From Candidatus Promineifilaceae bacterium (GTDB lineage Bacteria > Chloroflexota > Anaerolineae > Promineifilales > Promineifilaceae), in contig JBAPRX010000684.1 in NCBI GenBank assembly GCA_049281335.1, forward strand, positions 1 through 43,235: 43,235 nt of DNA, in the 5' to 3' direction. Shown here piece by piece: positions 7,880 through 15,848 of the stretch. The notes beneath the pieces are model-generated. The model ran no database searches, was not told the DNA's origin, and saw only the letters and a list, made by a program, of their open reading frames with translations. The stretch's first letter is position 1, and each line of letters begins with the position of its first letter. Both the position numbers and the translations under genes were made by a program.

Positions 7880-9778
7880 ATGGCGAATCCACGCCTTCCA
7901 TTTTCTCAAATATTGCTGGGTCGGCCTTTGGAAACGGCCGCTGCCCCGCATCAGGCCATCGGCAAGATTCCGGCACTGGCGGTTTTTGCTTCTGATGCCC
8001 TTTCTTCGGTTGCCTATGCGACGGAGGAAATTCTGGTCATTCTGGCGCTGGGTGGGGCAGCCTACTTCTCACTATCCATTCCAATCGCCCTTGCCATTGC
8101 CGTGCTGCTGATTGTGCTAACCATCTCTTACCGACAAACGATTTTTGCTTATCCGGGCGGAGGTGGGGCTTATATCGTGGCCCGTGACAATTTGGGCGAA
8201 TTACCAGCCCAAACGGCGGGGGCAGCATTACTCACTGATTATATTTTAACCGTCGCAGTTTCTATCTCCTCAGGAGTCGCTCAAATTACCTCGGCTTTTC
8301 CAACGCTTTATTCTTACCGGGTGGAGATAGCGGTGGCGTTGATCATCTTCATGACGGTGGTGAATCTGCGGGGGGTCAAGGAATCAAGCAATGCCTTTGC
8401 CGTGCCAACTTACTTTTTCCTGACCATGGCATTTTTGCTGTTGGGAGTTGGAGCCTTTCGCTGGGCGACCGGTTCGTTGGGGCAGGTGACGGGGGTTGAG
8501 GTGATTGCGGATTCGATCCAACCACTGACGCTGTTCCTGATTTTGCGGGCTTTTAGCAGCGGATGTACGGCTTTGACCGGGGTGGAAGCGATTTCCAACG
8601 GTATCACGGCTTTCAAAGAGCCGCGTTCCCGGAATGCGGCCAATACACTGCTGGCAATGAGCGCGATTTTGATGACGATGTTTGTCGGCATTACCCTGCT
8701 GGCACATGGAATCCAGGCCCAGCCCAGCGAATCGGAGACGATTATTTCGCAAATTGCCCGGACGGTCTATGGGGATGGCCTGTTTTACCTGCTGACGTTG
8801 GTCAGCACAACGGTCATTCTCATTATGGCGGCGAACACCAGCTTCGCTGACTTTCCCCGGCTGGCGGCGCTGGCTGCTGCCGATGGTTTTTTGCCGCGCC
8901 AACTTACTTTTCGAGGCGGCCGTCTGGTCTTTTCGTGGGGTATTTTTTCGCTGGCGGGAGTGGCTTCTTTGCTGGTGATTATTTTCCAGGCTTCTGTTTC
9001 GGCGCTGATTCCACTGTATGCCATTGGGGTTTTTCTGAGCTTTACGCTGTCGCAGTCGGGGATGGTGGTGCGGTGGCGGCGGGTTTCCAAGATGGCACCG
9101 GAAGAAGAGGTGATGGTGCATGGGGCGGTGATGCGCTATGATCCACGATGGCGGGTGAAGCAGATAATCAATGGGATTGGGGCAGTCATGACTTTTATCG
9201 TCATGGTGGTCTTTGCGGTTACGAAGTTTCACGTTGGGGCCTGGATTGTGATTGTGCTGACGCCGTCACTAGTGTGGGTTTTCTTTCGGATTCACAATCA
9301 TTATAAGACGGTTGCTTCCGATTTGAGTCTGGCGGGGGAGAATCGCATTATTGGCGCCCGACCACTGCGGACGATTGTTCTGGTTGATAATTTACACGCA
9401 GCTTCTATTCGGGCGATTAACTTTGCATTATCTATGAACCAGGATTGGACAGCCGTTCATGTCAGCATTGACCCGGATAGAACGGCCGATTTGGAGCAGA
9501 AATGGAAAGCTCGAATGGGAGATAAGCCGTTGGTGGTGCTGCCGTCGCCGTATCGCAGCCTGACAGAGCCGCTGCTGCAGTATGTACAGCAAATTCGCCG
9601 TGAAGAGCAGGATGCTTATATTCATCTTGTTATGGGCAGTCTGACGACGGAGAGCTTTTGGGAACAGGGGCTGCACCGCAACAGTACGCTGGCCTTTCGG
9701 ATGACTTTTCGTAATTTTGAGGGGATTGCAATAACAATTGTGCCTTACCAGTTACACCATGTCGAAGAGGAGATGTGA
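7880..9778 (+). CDS. APC-superfamily permease, KimA/YdaO-like (putative K+/H+ symporter) with a C-terminal cytoplasmic domain
   Basis: 632 aa. The N-terminal region (LGRPLET...ALAVFASDALSSVAYATEEILVIL...SYRQTIFAYPGGGGAYIVARDNLGE...LLTDYILTVAVSISSG) matches my recollection of the KimA family. It has about 12 TM segments plus a soluble tail of about 170 aa. Confidence 0.7.
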   Translation: MANPRLPFSQILLGRPLETAAAPHQAIGKIPALAVFASDALSSVAYATEEILVILALGGAAYFSLSIPIALAIAVLLIVLTISYRQTIFAYPGGGGAYIVARDNLGELPAQTAGAALLTDYILTVAVSISSGVAQITSAFPTLYSYRVEIAVALIIFMTVVNLRGVKESSNAFAVPTYFFLTMAFLLLGVGAFRWATGSLGQVTGVEVIADSIQPLTLFLILRAFSSGCTALTGVEAISNGITAFKEPRSRNAANTLLAMSAILMTMFVGITLLAHGIQAQPSESETIISQIARTVYGDGLFYLLTLVSTTVILIMAANTSFADFPRLAALAAADGFLPRQLTFRGGRLVFSWGIFSLAGVASLLVIIFQASVSALIPLYAIGVFLSFTLSQSGMVVRWRRVSKMAPEEEVMVHGAVMRYDPRWRVKQIINGIGAVMTFIVMVVFAVTKFHVGAWIVIVLTPSLVWVFFRIHNHYKTVASDLSLAGENRIIGARPLRTIVLVDNLHAASIRAINFALSMNQDWTAVHVSIDPDRTADLEQKWKARMGDKPLVVLPSPYRSLTEPLLQYVQQIRREEQDAYIHLVMGSLTTESFWEQGLHRNSTLAFRMTFRNFEGIAITIVPYQLHHVEEEM

Positions 9779-10233
9779 TGAAACGATTAACTTTTCCCAA
9801 CCCTTTTCCCCACAGCCATCCTCCGGTTGAGGATGTCAATGCCCTTATTGAAGAACAGTCCACACGCGGTGAAAGAGCGGCCGATGTTGTTGCCAGAATT
9901 GTCGGCTCCTGGCATTTCATCGTTGGTCAAAGCATTCTGCTGGTGTTCTGGGTGATTTTGAATGTAACAGCCTGGATTCAGCATTGGGACCCCTACCCCT
10001 TTATCTTGATGAATCTGTTTATGTCTTTGCAGGCGGCTTTTACGGCTCCGGTGATTATGATGAGCCAGAACCGACAGACTTTCCGCGACCGGTTGGAGGC
10101 ACACCAGGATTATGAGGTGAATGAGAAGGCGGAGGTGGAGATTCGGGCTGTATTAGACCATCTTGAGGCCCAGAATGTGGCGCTGGCGGAGATTCACCGG
10201 CTGCTGGCGGAGCGGGAGGGAAAGGAGTCGTAA
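9775..10233 (+). CDS. DUF1003 family membrane protein
   Basis: WDPYPFILMNLFMSLQAAFTAPVIMMSQNRQTFRDR...NEKAEVEI is the characteristic DUF1003 core. Its ATG overlaps the upstream stop (ATGA). Confidence 0.8.
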   Translation: MMKRLTFPNPFPHSHPPVEDVNALIEEQSTRGERAADVVARIVGSWHFIVGQSILLVFWVILNVTAWIQHWDPYPFILMNLFMSLQAAFTAPVIMMSQNRQTFRDRLEAHQDYEVNEKAEVEIRAVLDHLEAQNVALAEIHRLLAEREGKES

Positions 10234-10258
10234 TTGGGTAATTGGGCAATTGGGTAAC
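10231..10258. repeat. Three tandem 8-mers, (T/C)AATTGGG, of the AATTGGGTAATT word family
   Basis: taattggg taattggg caattggg taac starts at the DUF1003 stop codon, in the convergent gap with the Nudix-like gene. Confidence 0.6.
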
Positions 10259-10314
10259 TACCTAAGGCAAAGGTGGTTGGTTAATTAATTGATGGGAAAG
10301 GATACCGGTGTTAT

Positions 10315-10785
10315 TTAAGCGGGGGTAAGTTCGGCTCTGACACGGCCGGCTTCAACGGCATCGAAACCGAGCAGCATTTTGTCTCTGGTGAGGTTTTCCA
10401 GGGGGAACCACTCCGGGCGGGCAGGGTTGTCGAAGTCTATCATTCCGGCAACACCGGCTGTTGAGCGTTTGAGGGCGTAGTAGAGGACTTCTAGCTGCCA
10501 GAGCTTGCCGTCATCGTCCAGCCAGTAGCCATCTTCTGCCAGGAGCAGGCCGGTGATGATGGGCAGTATTCCGGCTGCACCCTGGAAACAGTGCAAGACG
10601 GCCGCAGTGGGCGTTTCCCCAACATTAAGGACTTTGCCCGGCGGCTGCCAGAGGTCGCTGTTGTCATACGGCCGTAACAGAACCTGGTCATTCTCGATCA
10701 GAATACCATAAGCAGCGGGACGGATTCCCACCGGCGGCCCCGGAATGTCTATTGGCTGTCCATCTTTATCAAAACAAAGCACCAC
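10315..10785 (-). CDS. Nudix-fold protein with a degenerate Nudix box
   Basis: PPGKVLNVGETPTAAVLHCFQGAAGI aligns to the Nudix box GX5EX7REUXEEXGU, but RE and EE are replaced by HC and GA. GTG start after GAGGAA. Confidence 0.5.
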   Translation of the reverse strand: MVLCFDKDGQPIDIPGPPVGIRPAAYGILIENDQVLLRPYDNSDLWQPPGKVLNVGETPTAAVLHCFQGAAGILPIITGLLLAEDGYWLDDDGKLWQLEVLYYALKRSTAGVAGMIDFDNPARPEWFPLENLTRDKMLLGFDAVEAGRVRAELTPA

Positions 10786-10819
10786 AATTCCTCACGCAAG
10801 GTGCAAAAGGCGCAACAGG

Positions 10820-11569
10820 CTAAAGCTCTTCCTCTAAAGCAACGGTTTTGTTGAATTGGCGACTGCCGACAGCAGCCAGGATGATGCTCATTCCGTAAAG
10901 GATGAGAAGAGGGATCATGGTTAAGAGCATCGTTACCGGATCGATGGAGGGGGTGATGGCTGCGGCTAGAACGGCAATGCCGACAATGGCAAAGCGCCAT
11001 TGTTCGCGCAGTGTTTTCGGCCCAACGATCCCAAACCGGGCCAGGAAATAGATGATCAGGGGCATTTCAAAGCTGACCCCAATCCATAATAAAAAGGTGG
11101 TTGCAAAGGTGATATATTCCCGGCTGATCCAGCGGGCTTCGAAAATCTCAGCCATGAAGGTTGAAAGGAAAGAGATGGCGGCGGGAAGAAGCACCAACCA
11201 GGCGAAAGCGACGCCTGTCAGGAACAACAGAGTTGCACTTGGGATAAAGACATAGACGTATCGTTTTTCGCTGGCTTTCAGGCCGGGAGAGATGAAGCGC
11301 CATAACTGGAAAAGAATCCAGGGCATGGAGAGGATGACACCGCAAACCAGGGCGACCTTGAAATAGGTCTCAATACCCTCGGTGGGGCTAATGACGTCCA
11401 GAAGATCCCCGTAGGGCTTAATGAGGAATTCGAGTACCCGTTCGGCGAAGGCAAAACTCACGACTGTTGCCAACACCAGACCTATAAGGGCGCGGGTCAG
11501 ATGAATTCGAAGGTCGTTGAGATGTTCCAGGATAGTCTGGCCCTCGAACTGGGCCGAATGTTGACTCAC
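10820..11569 (-). CDS. tatC: Twin-arginine translocase subunit TatC
   Basis: 249 aa and six TM segments. The N-terminus has LEHLNDLRIHLTR, typical of TatC. The GTG start overlaps the upstream stop (GTGA). Confidence 0.93.
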   Translation of the reverse strand: MSQHSAQFEGQTILEHLNDLRIHLTRALIGLVLATVVSFAFAERVLEFLIKPYGDLLDVISPTEGIETYFKVALVCGVILSMPWILFQLWRFISPGLKASEKRYVYVFIPSATLLFLTGVAFAWLVLLPAAISFLSTFMAEIFEARWISREYITFATTFLLWIGVSFEMPLIIYFLARFGIVGPKTLREQWRFAIVGIAVLAAAITPSIDPVTMLLTMIPLLILYGMSIILAAVGSRQFNKTVALEEEL

Positions 11570-11997
11570 TCCTGATCCTCCGGTACGTCAATGGCTTTGG
11601 GCAGGTCAGGAACGGCTCCATTTTCTTGTTCCTCTTTCGGCCGTGATACGGGTTTGTAGCTTCTCTTACCTTCTACCAATGCCCGCCCTTCTTCAGCAGC
11701 ATCTTTCGTCTCCTGAATAAAAGCTCTTGGAACCTGATTTAGCTCCTTGCGAAGACTTTGGACTTCTTTTTGCAGTTCTCGGACTTCTTGCATGGTGGAT
11801 TTCATCTGGCCGTCGTCCAGAGAGTCCAGTTCGGCATTTAGTTGACGGGCAAATTCGCGGGAGATCGTCTGTAACTTTGCTGTCCAGTAGCCCAGAGTGC
11901 GGGCAACCTGCCGGATGCGGTGCGGCCCCATCACCAGTCCAGCAAGCACTAAAATAACGATCAGCTCCGAAAAACCGATACCAAAAAAGCTGTCCAT
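11566..11997 (-). CDS. TatA/TatB/TatE family translocase subunit (TatB-like length)
   Basis: MDSFFGIGFSELIVILVLAGLVMGPHRIRQVARTLG is a Tat TM segment plus amphipathic helix, followed by a charged tail. Confidence 0.85.
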   Translation of the reverse strand: MDSFFGIGFSELIVILVLAGLVMGPHRIRQVARTLGYWTAKLQTISREFARQLNAELDSLDDGQMKSTMQEVRELQKEVQSLRKELNQVPRAFIQETKDAAEEGRALVEGKRSYKPVSRPKEEQENGAVPDLPKAIDVPEDQE

Positions 11998-12009
11998 TAG
12001 TCTATTTCG

Positions 12010-12459
12010 TCAGGGGGTGGGTTCGGCCGTTGCTTCAAACAACTTTTGCCGAAGTATAGAGGTTTGGTCCGCCAGGGAACCAAGAACGCCATTAATAAAA
12101 CGGGGGGCGCTGTCAGCTCCATATAATTTTGCTAACTCTACCGCTTCGTTAATAGCTACTTTAACTGGCGTACCAGAATCAATTAGAAATTCAAAGATAG
12201 CGATTCGGAGGATGTTCCTGTCAATAACGGCCATCTGATCCAGGGGCCACTCGGGGGCAAATTCAGATATTAACTTATCCATTTCCCCTTTATGTTGGAT
12301 AACACCGTAAACCAGCTTTTCGGTGAAGTTGACGCCGGTACTTTCCATGGGCTGCTCTTGCAGCCGACGCCCGATGACATCCTCCGGTACATGTTCGGCA
12401 ATGTCAACTTCGTATAAAATTTCTAAGGTCACTCGACGCGCTCGTCGTCTTGTTTTCAT
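12010..12459 (-). CDS. nusB: Transcription antitermination factor NusB
   Basis: [16 protein letters not shown] ... [25 protein letters not shown]. The ATG at 12459 (MKTRRR) is preferred over the track's upstream alternative start. Confidence 0.9.
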   Translation of the reverse strand: MKTRRRARRVTLEILYEVDIAEHVPEDVIGRRLQEQPMESTGVNFTEKLVYGVIQHKGEMDKLISEFAPEWPLDQMAVIDRNILRIAIFEFLIDSGTPVKVAINEAVELAKLYGADSAPRFINGVLGSLADQTSILRQKLFEATAEPTP

Positions 12460-12485
12460 GGTCCTTACGCTGTGTCCACCGGCAT

Positions 12486-12523
12486 AAAAACAGTCCACAT
12501 CATTTTATGTGTCTACTGTTTTT
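12486..12523 (-). terminator. Terminator-like hairpin between asp23 and nusB
   Basis: Minus strand reads ACAGT-AGA-CACAT aaaatg ATGTG-G-ACTGT then TTTTTAT. A-run/T-run symmetry makes it look bidirectional. A second 7-bp hairpin (GTTGTCT...AGACAAC) is at about 12534..12559. Confidence 0.4.
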
Positions 12524-12561
12524 GTACCGTTTGTGTTGTCTCAACCGGAATCAAGACAACC

Positions 12562-12969
12562 TTACGCCGCTTCACCAACATCATAGACAACATCTTCGAC
12601 GTGAATATTGACTTTGTCTACAGGAACGCCGACCATTTTATCAATCGCTTCAATGATGGCTGTTTGCAATCGCTGGCTCGTTTCTCGTACATTAACATGA
12701 GGGTCCATGAGAACATAAATGTCGAAATTGAGATTGCCTTCTGAATAGTCCAGAATAACACCTTCATTCCGGGCTACATGGCGGCGGAATAATTGTCCCA
12801 CATCAGCGGGTGTGGGCGCCATCCTATTTATCCCATCCACATTAAGTGTAACATAGTATGCGATAGTTGTTAAGACACCGGGCGCAACTTCGATTCGGCC
12901 GATACTTTCGTGCGGACCGTCGTTCACATATTCGGTATCTGGCTCGCTTGTTTGTGTTACTTCATCCAT
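12562..12969 (-). CDS. Asp23/Gls24 family envelope stress protein
   Basis: IEVAPGVLTTIAYYVTLNVDGINRM ... VNIHVEDV is the typical Asp23 pattern. Confidence 0.85.
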   Translation of the reverse strand: MDEVTQTSEPDTEYVNDGPHESIGRIEVAPGVLTTIAYYVTLNVDGINRMAPTPADVGQLFRRHVARNEGVILDYSEGNLNFDIYVLMDPHVNVRETSQRLQTAIIEAIDKMVGVPVDKVNIHVEDVVYDVGEAA

Positions 12970-12972
12970 TAT

Positions 12973-13716
12973 TTACATTGCCATTCCGCCGTCTACCCGA
13001 ATGACTTCTCCAGTGATATAAGAGGCTTTGTCTGAAGCCAGAAAAGCGACCAGGTGGGCCACTTCGTCTAATTCACCCAGACGGCCGAGGGGAATTAATT
13101 CCAATGCTTTCTGAACCATATCATCAGGCAGCACATCCGTCAATGCTGTTGGGAAGAAACCGGGGGCAATGGCGTTTACTGTAATATTTCTGGAGCCAAC
13201 TTCTTTGGCGAGGGATTTGGTGAAGCCGATGATGCCTGCTTTGGAAGCAGCGTAATTGGTCTGGCCGCCCTGCCCTGCCAGGCCAACAATAGAGGAGATG
13301 TTAATAATACGGCCGCCGTTCTTTTTGCGAATCATCGGCCGTAAAACGGCTTTACAACAGTTGAACATACTCTTCAGATTGGTGTCTATAACAACGTCCC
13401 AATCATCCTCTTTCATCATCATCAAGAGCGTGTCCCGTGTTGTTCCGGCGTTGTTAACCAAAATATCAACCTGACCGTAGGTATCCAGGGCGATTTTAAC
13501 GAGTGATTGAGTATCTTCAAAACTGCCTACGTTGGCCTGGACGGCGATAGCCTGACCACCGGCGGCCTCAATTGCAGTGACAACTTCTTCGGCCGCTTCG
13601 CTGCTGCTGTTGTAGTTGACAACGATTTTCGCGCCTTCTGCGGCCAACACTTGGGCAATGGCACGGCCGATTCCGCGAGAGGCTCCGGTTACTATGGCTA
13701 CTTTTCCGTCTAACAT
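12973..13716 (-). CDS. fabG: 3-oxoacyl-[ACP] reductase FabG
   Basis: TGASRGIG cofactor motif, NNAG, and the YAASKAG catalytic motif. 247 aa, adjacent to fabD. Confidence 0.93.
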   Translation of the reverse strand: MLDGKVAIVTGASRGIGRAIAQVLAAEGAKIVVNYNSSSEAAEEVVTAIEAAGGQAIAVQANVGSFEDTQSLVKIALDTYGQVDILVNNAGTTRDTLLMMMKEDDWDVVIDTNLKSMFNCCKAVLRPMIRKKNGGRIINISSIVGLAGQGGQTNYAASKAGIIGFTKSLAKEVGSRNITVNAIAPGFFPTALTDVLPDDMVQKALELIPLGRLGELDEVAHLVAFLASDKASYITGEVIRVDGGMAM

Positions 13717-13755
13717 TTTTTCTTACTCGTTAATTAAGGAGGCGTGATGCGTTTA

Positions 13756-14664
13756 TTACGCCTCTGACTCGGATTTCTTACGATTTACGGAACGGTCAAT
13801 GCGTTTCATCAGGCCAAGCAAAACATCGCCGGGACCGACTTCGTAAACGGTGTCTACGCCTTGTTGGGTCAGGTGAGTCATGGAGTCCGTCCAACGAACG
13901 GAGGAGGTTAGCTGGGCTTTTAGCTCAGCCCGAATCGCTTCCGGGGTGGTCAGGGGTTGGGCGCTGACGTTGCCGATGATGGGCATACGTGGCGGCGCAA
14001 GGGGGGTGTCGTCTACGGCACGAGCAAAACCATCGGCAGCAGAACGCATTAGTTCGGAATGGGCAGCAATGGAGATTGGGAGCTTGACAACTTTGCGTGC
14101 TCCGGCGGCCTGGGCCAGTTCCATTGCTTCGGCCAGCGCGGTTTCGTCGCCTGAAATGACCAGTTGGCCTGGGCAGTTATCATTGGCGAGTTGAACCGGC
14201 TGTCCTGTTTTCTGAGCGGCCTCGTCACAAATGGCTTCGACCTTGTTGGTTTCGAGGGCGAGGATGGCGGCCATTGCACCCGGCCGTTTTTCTCCGGCCT
14301 CTTTCATGAGTTCGCCGCGCTTGCGAACGAGAGCCAGCCCGTCTGTGAAAGTAAGGCTGCCTGCTGCGACCAGGGCGGAGAATTCTCCCATGCTGTGACC
14401 GGCGACGAATTCAGGATCGGCCGAACCGGCTGCCTGCATGGCCCGTAATATAGCGATGCTGGTAACGAGCAGCGCTGGCTGCTGGTTGACTGTATCTACC
14501 AGTTCCTCTTCAGGGCCGTTAAAGCACAAGTCTGAAAGGGAGAAGCCGAGTTGTTGGTCTGCCAGATCAAAAACAGCACGGGAAACAGGTTGAGTCTGAT
14601 AGAGATCAAATCCCATACCCACGTGCTGCGACCCCTGGCCGGGGAACAAAAAAGCAACGCTCAT
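13756..14664 (-). CDS. fabD: Malonyl-CoA:ACP transacylase FabD
   Basis: FLFPGQGSQ and the GHSMGE active-site motif. 302 aa. Confidence 0.93.
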   Translation of the reverse strand: MSVAFLFPGQGSQHVGMGFDLYQTQPVSRAVFDLADQQLGFSLSDLCFNGPEEELVDTVNQQPALLVTSIAILRAMQAAGSADPEFVAGHSMGEFSALVAAGSLTFTDGLALVRKRGELMKEAGEKRPGAMAAILALETNKVEAICDEAAQKTGQPVQLANDNCPGQLVISGDETALAEAMELAQAAGARKVVKLPISIAAHSELMRSAADGFARAVDDTPLAPPRMPIIGNVSAQPLTTPEAIRAELKAQLTSSVRWTDSMTHLTQQGVDTVYEVGPGDVLLGLMKRIDRSVNRKKSESEA

Positions 14665-14754
14665 TGCTTTTTGCCTCTAAAGACCTTTGCCGCTTCTCTG
14701 CCAGTCATTATGTCTGTGGTGGTTTGCAAAACAACAAAAGCCTGATCGCCAACT

Positions 14755-14940
14755 CTATTCTTCAAATTCAGGAAGAATCTGCCGTCCTTTATAGGTACGG
14801 CAGTTGGGACACATATAGTGCGGCCGTTTTAACTGTCCGCAGTTGTCACAGGCAACCAGATGTGGGGTTGTTAAAGCATCGTGTGTCCGACGCTTGAGGC
14901 GGCGGGTCTTGGAAATTCGTTTCTTAGGTACAGCACCCAT
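14755..14940 (-). CDS. rpmF: 50S ribosomal protein L32
   Basis: MGAVPKKRISKTRRLKRRTH ... CDNCG ... CPNC. 61 aa. GAGAGGA lies before the ATG. Confidence 0.93.
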   Translation of the reverse strand: MGAVPKKRISKTRRLKRRTHDALTTPHLVACDNCGQLKRPHYMCPNCRTYKGRQILPEFEE

Positions 14941-15052
14941 TGTGATATCCTCTCTAAAGTATTGCGTAAATCTGTAATCGGTACTCAGTAATTAGGTATA
15001 AAAGCATCAGTTGCAGATCGCTAATTACTAACTACTTTATTTGTAAGCAAGC

Positions 15053-15076
15053 AAAAAAAAGCGGCACGGATGCCAC
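15053..15076 (-). terminator. Hairpin plus U8, immediately downstream of the rpmF promoter
   Basis: Minus strand reads GTGGCA-TCCG-TGCCGC (6 bp including one G-U) followed by TTTTTTTT. It begins about 3 nt after the predicted start site. Confidence 0.6.
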
Positions 15077-15084
15077 AATGTATT

Positions 15085-15112
15085 ATTATAGTCACCCCCC
15101 TGGTTGTGTCAA
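15085..15112 (-). promoter_or_regulatory. Consensus sigma-70 promoter upstream of rpmF
   Basis: Minus strand reads TTGACA (15112..15107), a 16-nt spacer, then TATAAT (15090..15085). Both hexamers match the consensus perfectly. Confidence 0.65.
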
Positions 15113-15167
15113 GGTGATTTTGGTTGAAACACCTGGGCAGGTCAAGACCTGCCCCGACGATAAGCTG

Positions 15168-15674
15168 TTATTGGCTGACCGGTTGGGTTGGCTGAGTCGA
15201 CTGAGGTTCCTGGGGAGCAGCGACGGCTTCGTGTTCGACCTGTATTTTCCGCATACCGTTACGGATGACGGAGAGAGAACGAAGCAGGTCTTCCTCTAGT
15301 TTTGAGAGGACTTCCATAACATAGACGTCTGAATCGTGCCGGAGAATGTCAGCTTCCCGACGGGCGCGTTCCAGAATGGTGTCTGCGCGTTGTTGGGCAG
15401 CCATCATGATGGCGTCTCGTCGGACTAATTCGGCCGCTTCTTGCTTGGCAAGTTCTCGAATCCGTTCGGCTTCTTCCTGGGCCTGGGCCAGAATTCTGTC
15501 TTTTTCCGCTTCAACACGGCTGGCCTTTTTCACCTCTTCCGGCAATGTTACCCGAAGCTGGTCAATGATATTGAAGACACGATCTTCGTCCACAATCAAG
15601 TTGGCCGTCAGGGGTATACGCCGACTTTCTGCCAATGTTTGTTCTAACCGATCAATAAGATGTTGAATATCCAT
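15168..15674 (-). CDS. Coiled-coil protein of unknown function (resembles proteins often annotated as ATP synthase b/H-like)
   Basis: 168 aa with a long Glu/Arg/Ala heptad-like helix (EAEKDRILAQAQEEAERIRELAKQEAAELVRRDA...). I recognise no catalytic motif. Coding is supported by length and position. Confidence 0.55.
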   Translation of the reverse strand: MDIQHLIDRLEQTLAESRRIPLTANLIVDEDRVFNIIDQLRVTLPEEVKKASRVEAEKDRILAQAQEEAERIRELAKQEAAELVRRDAIMMAAQQRADTILERARREADILRHDSDVYVMEVLSKLEEDLLRSLSVIRNGMRKIQVEHEAVAAPQEPQSTQPTQPVSQ

Positions 15675-15848
15675 CTTCCATCCCCATTGTTGAGCGGGTT
15701 TGCCTTATAAAAGCATATCCTAATAACTTACTGCGTTCAGTGGTGAAGGGCACTGCCCGGTAAGTTTTGGTTCGTGAAAGTTCGGGTGGATAGTGCAATG
15801 CACCTACCCGATAGTTTACATATAACTAGCATTATACCTGCCAGATGG

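Noticed and set aside
8384-9232. 282-aa minus-strand ORF antisense to the KimA-like permease (with related 93-101-aa ORFs nearby)
   Set aside because: It is Arg/His/Gln/Pro-rich and low in complexity, with no recognisable motif. It lies entirely opposite a gene with a strong family signature. This is a typical antisense open frame in GC-biased coding DNA.
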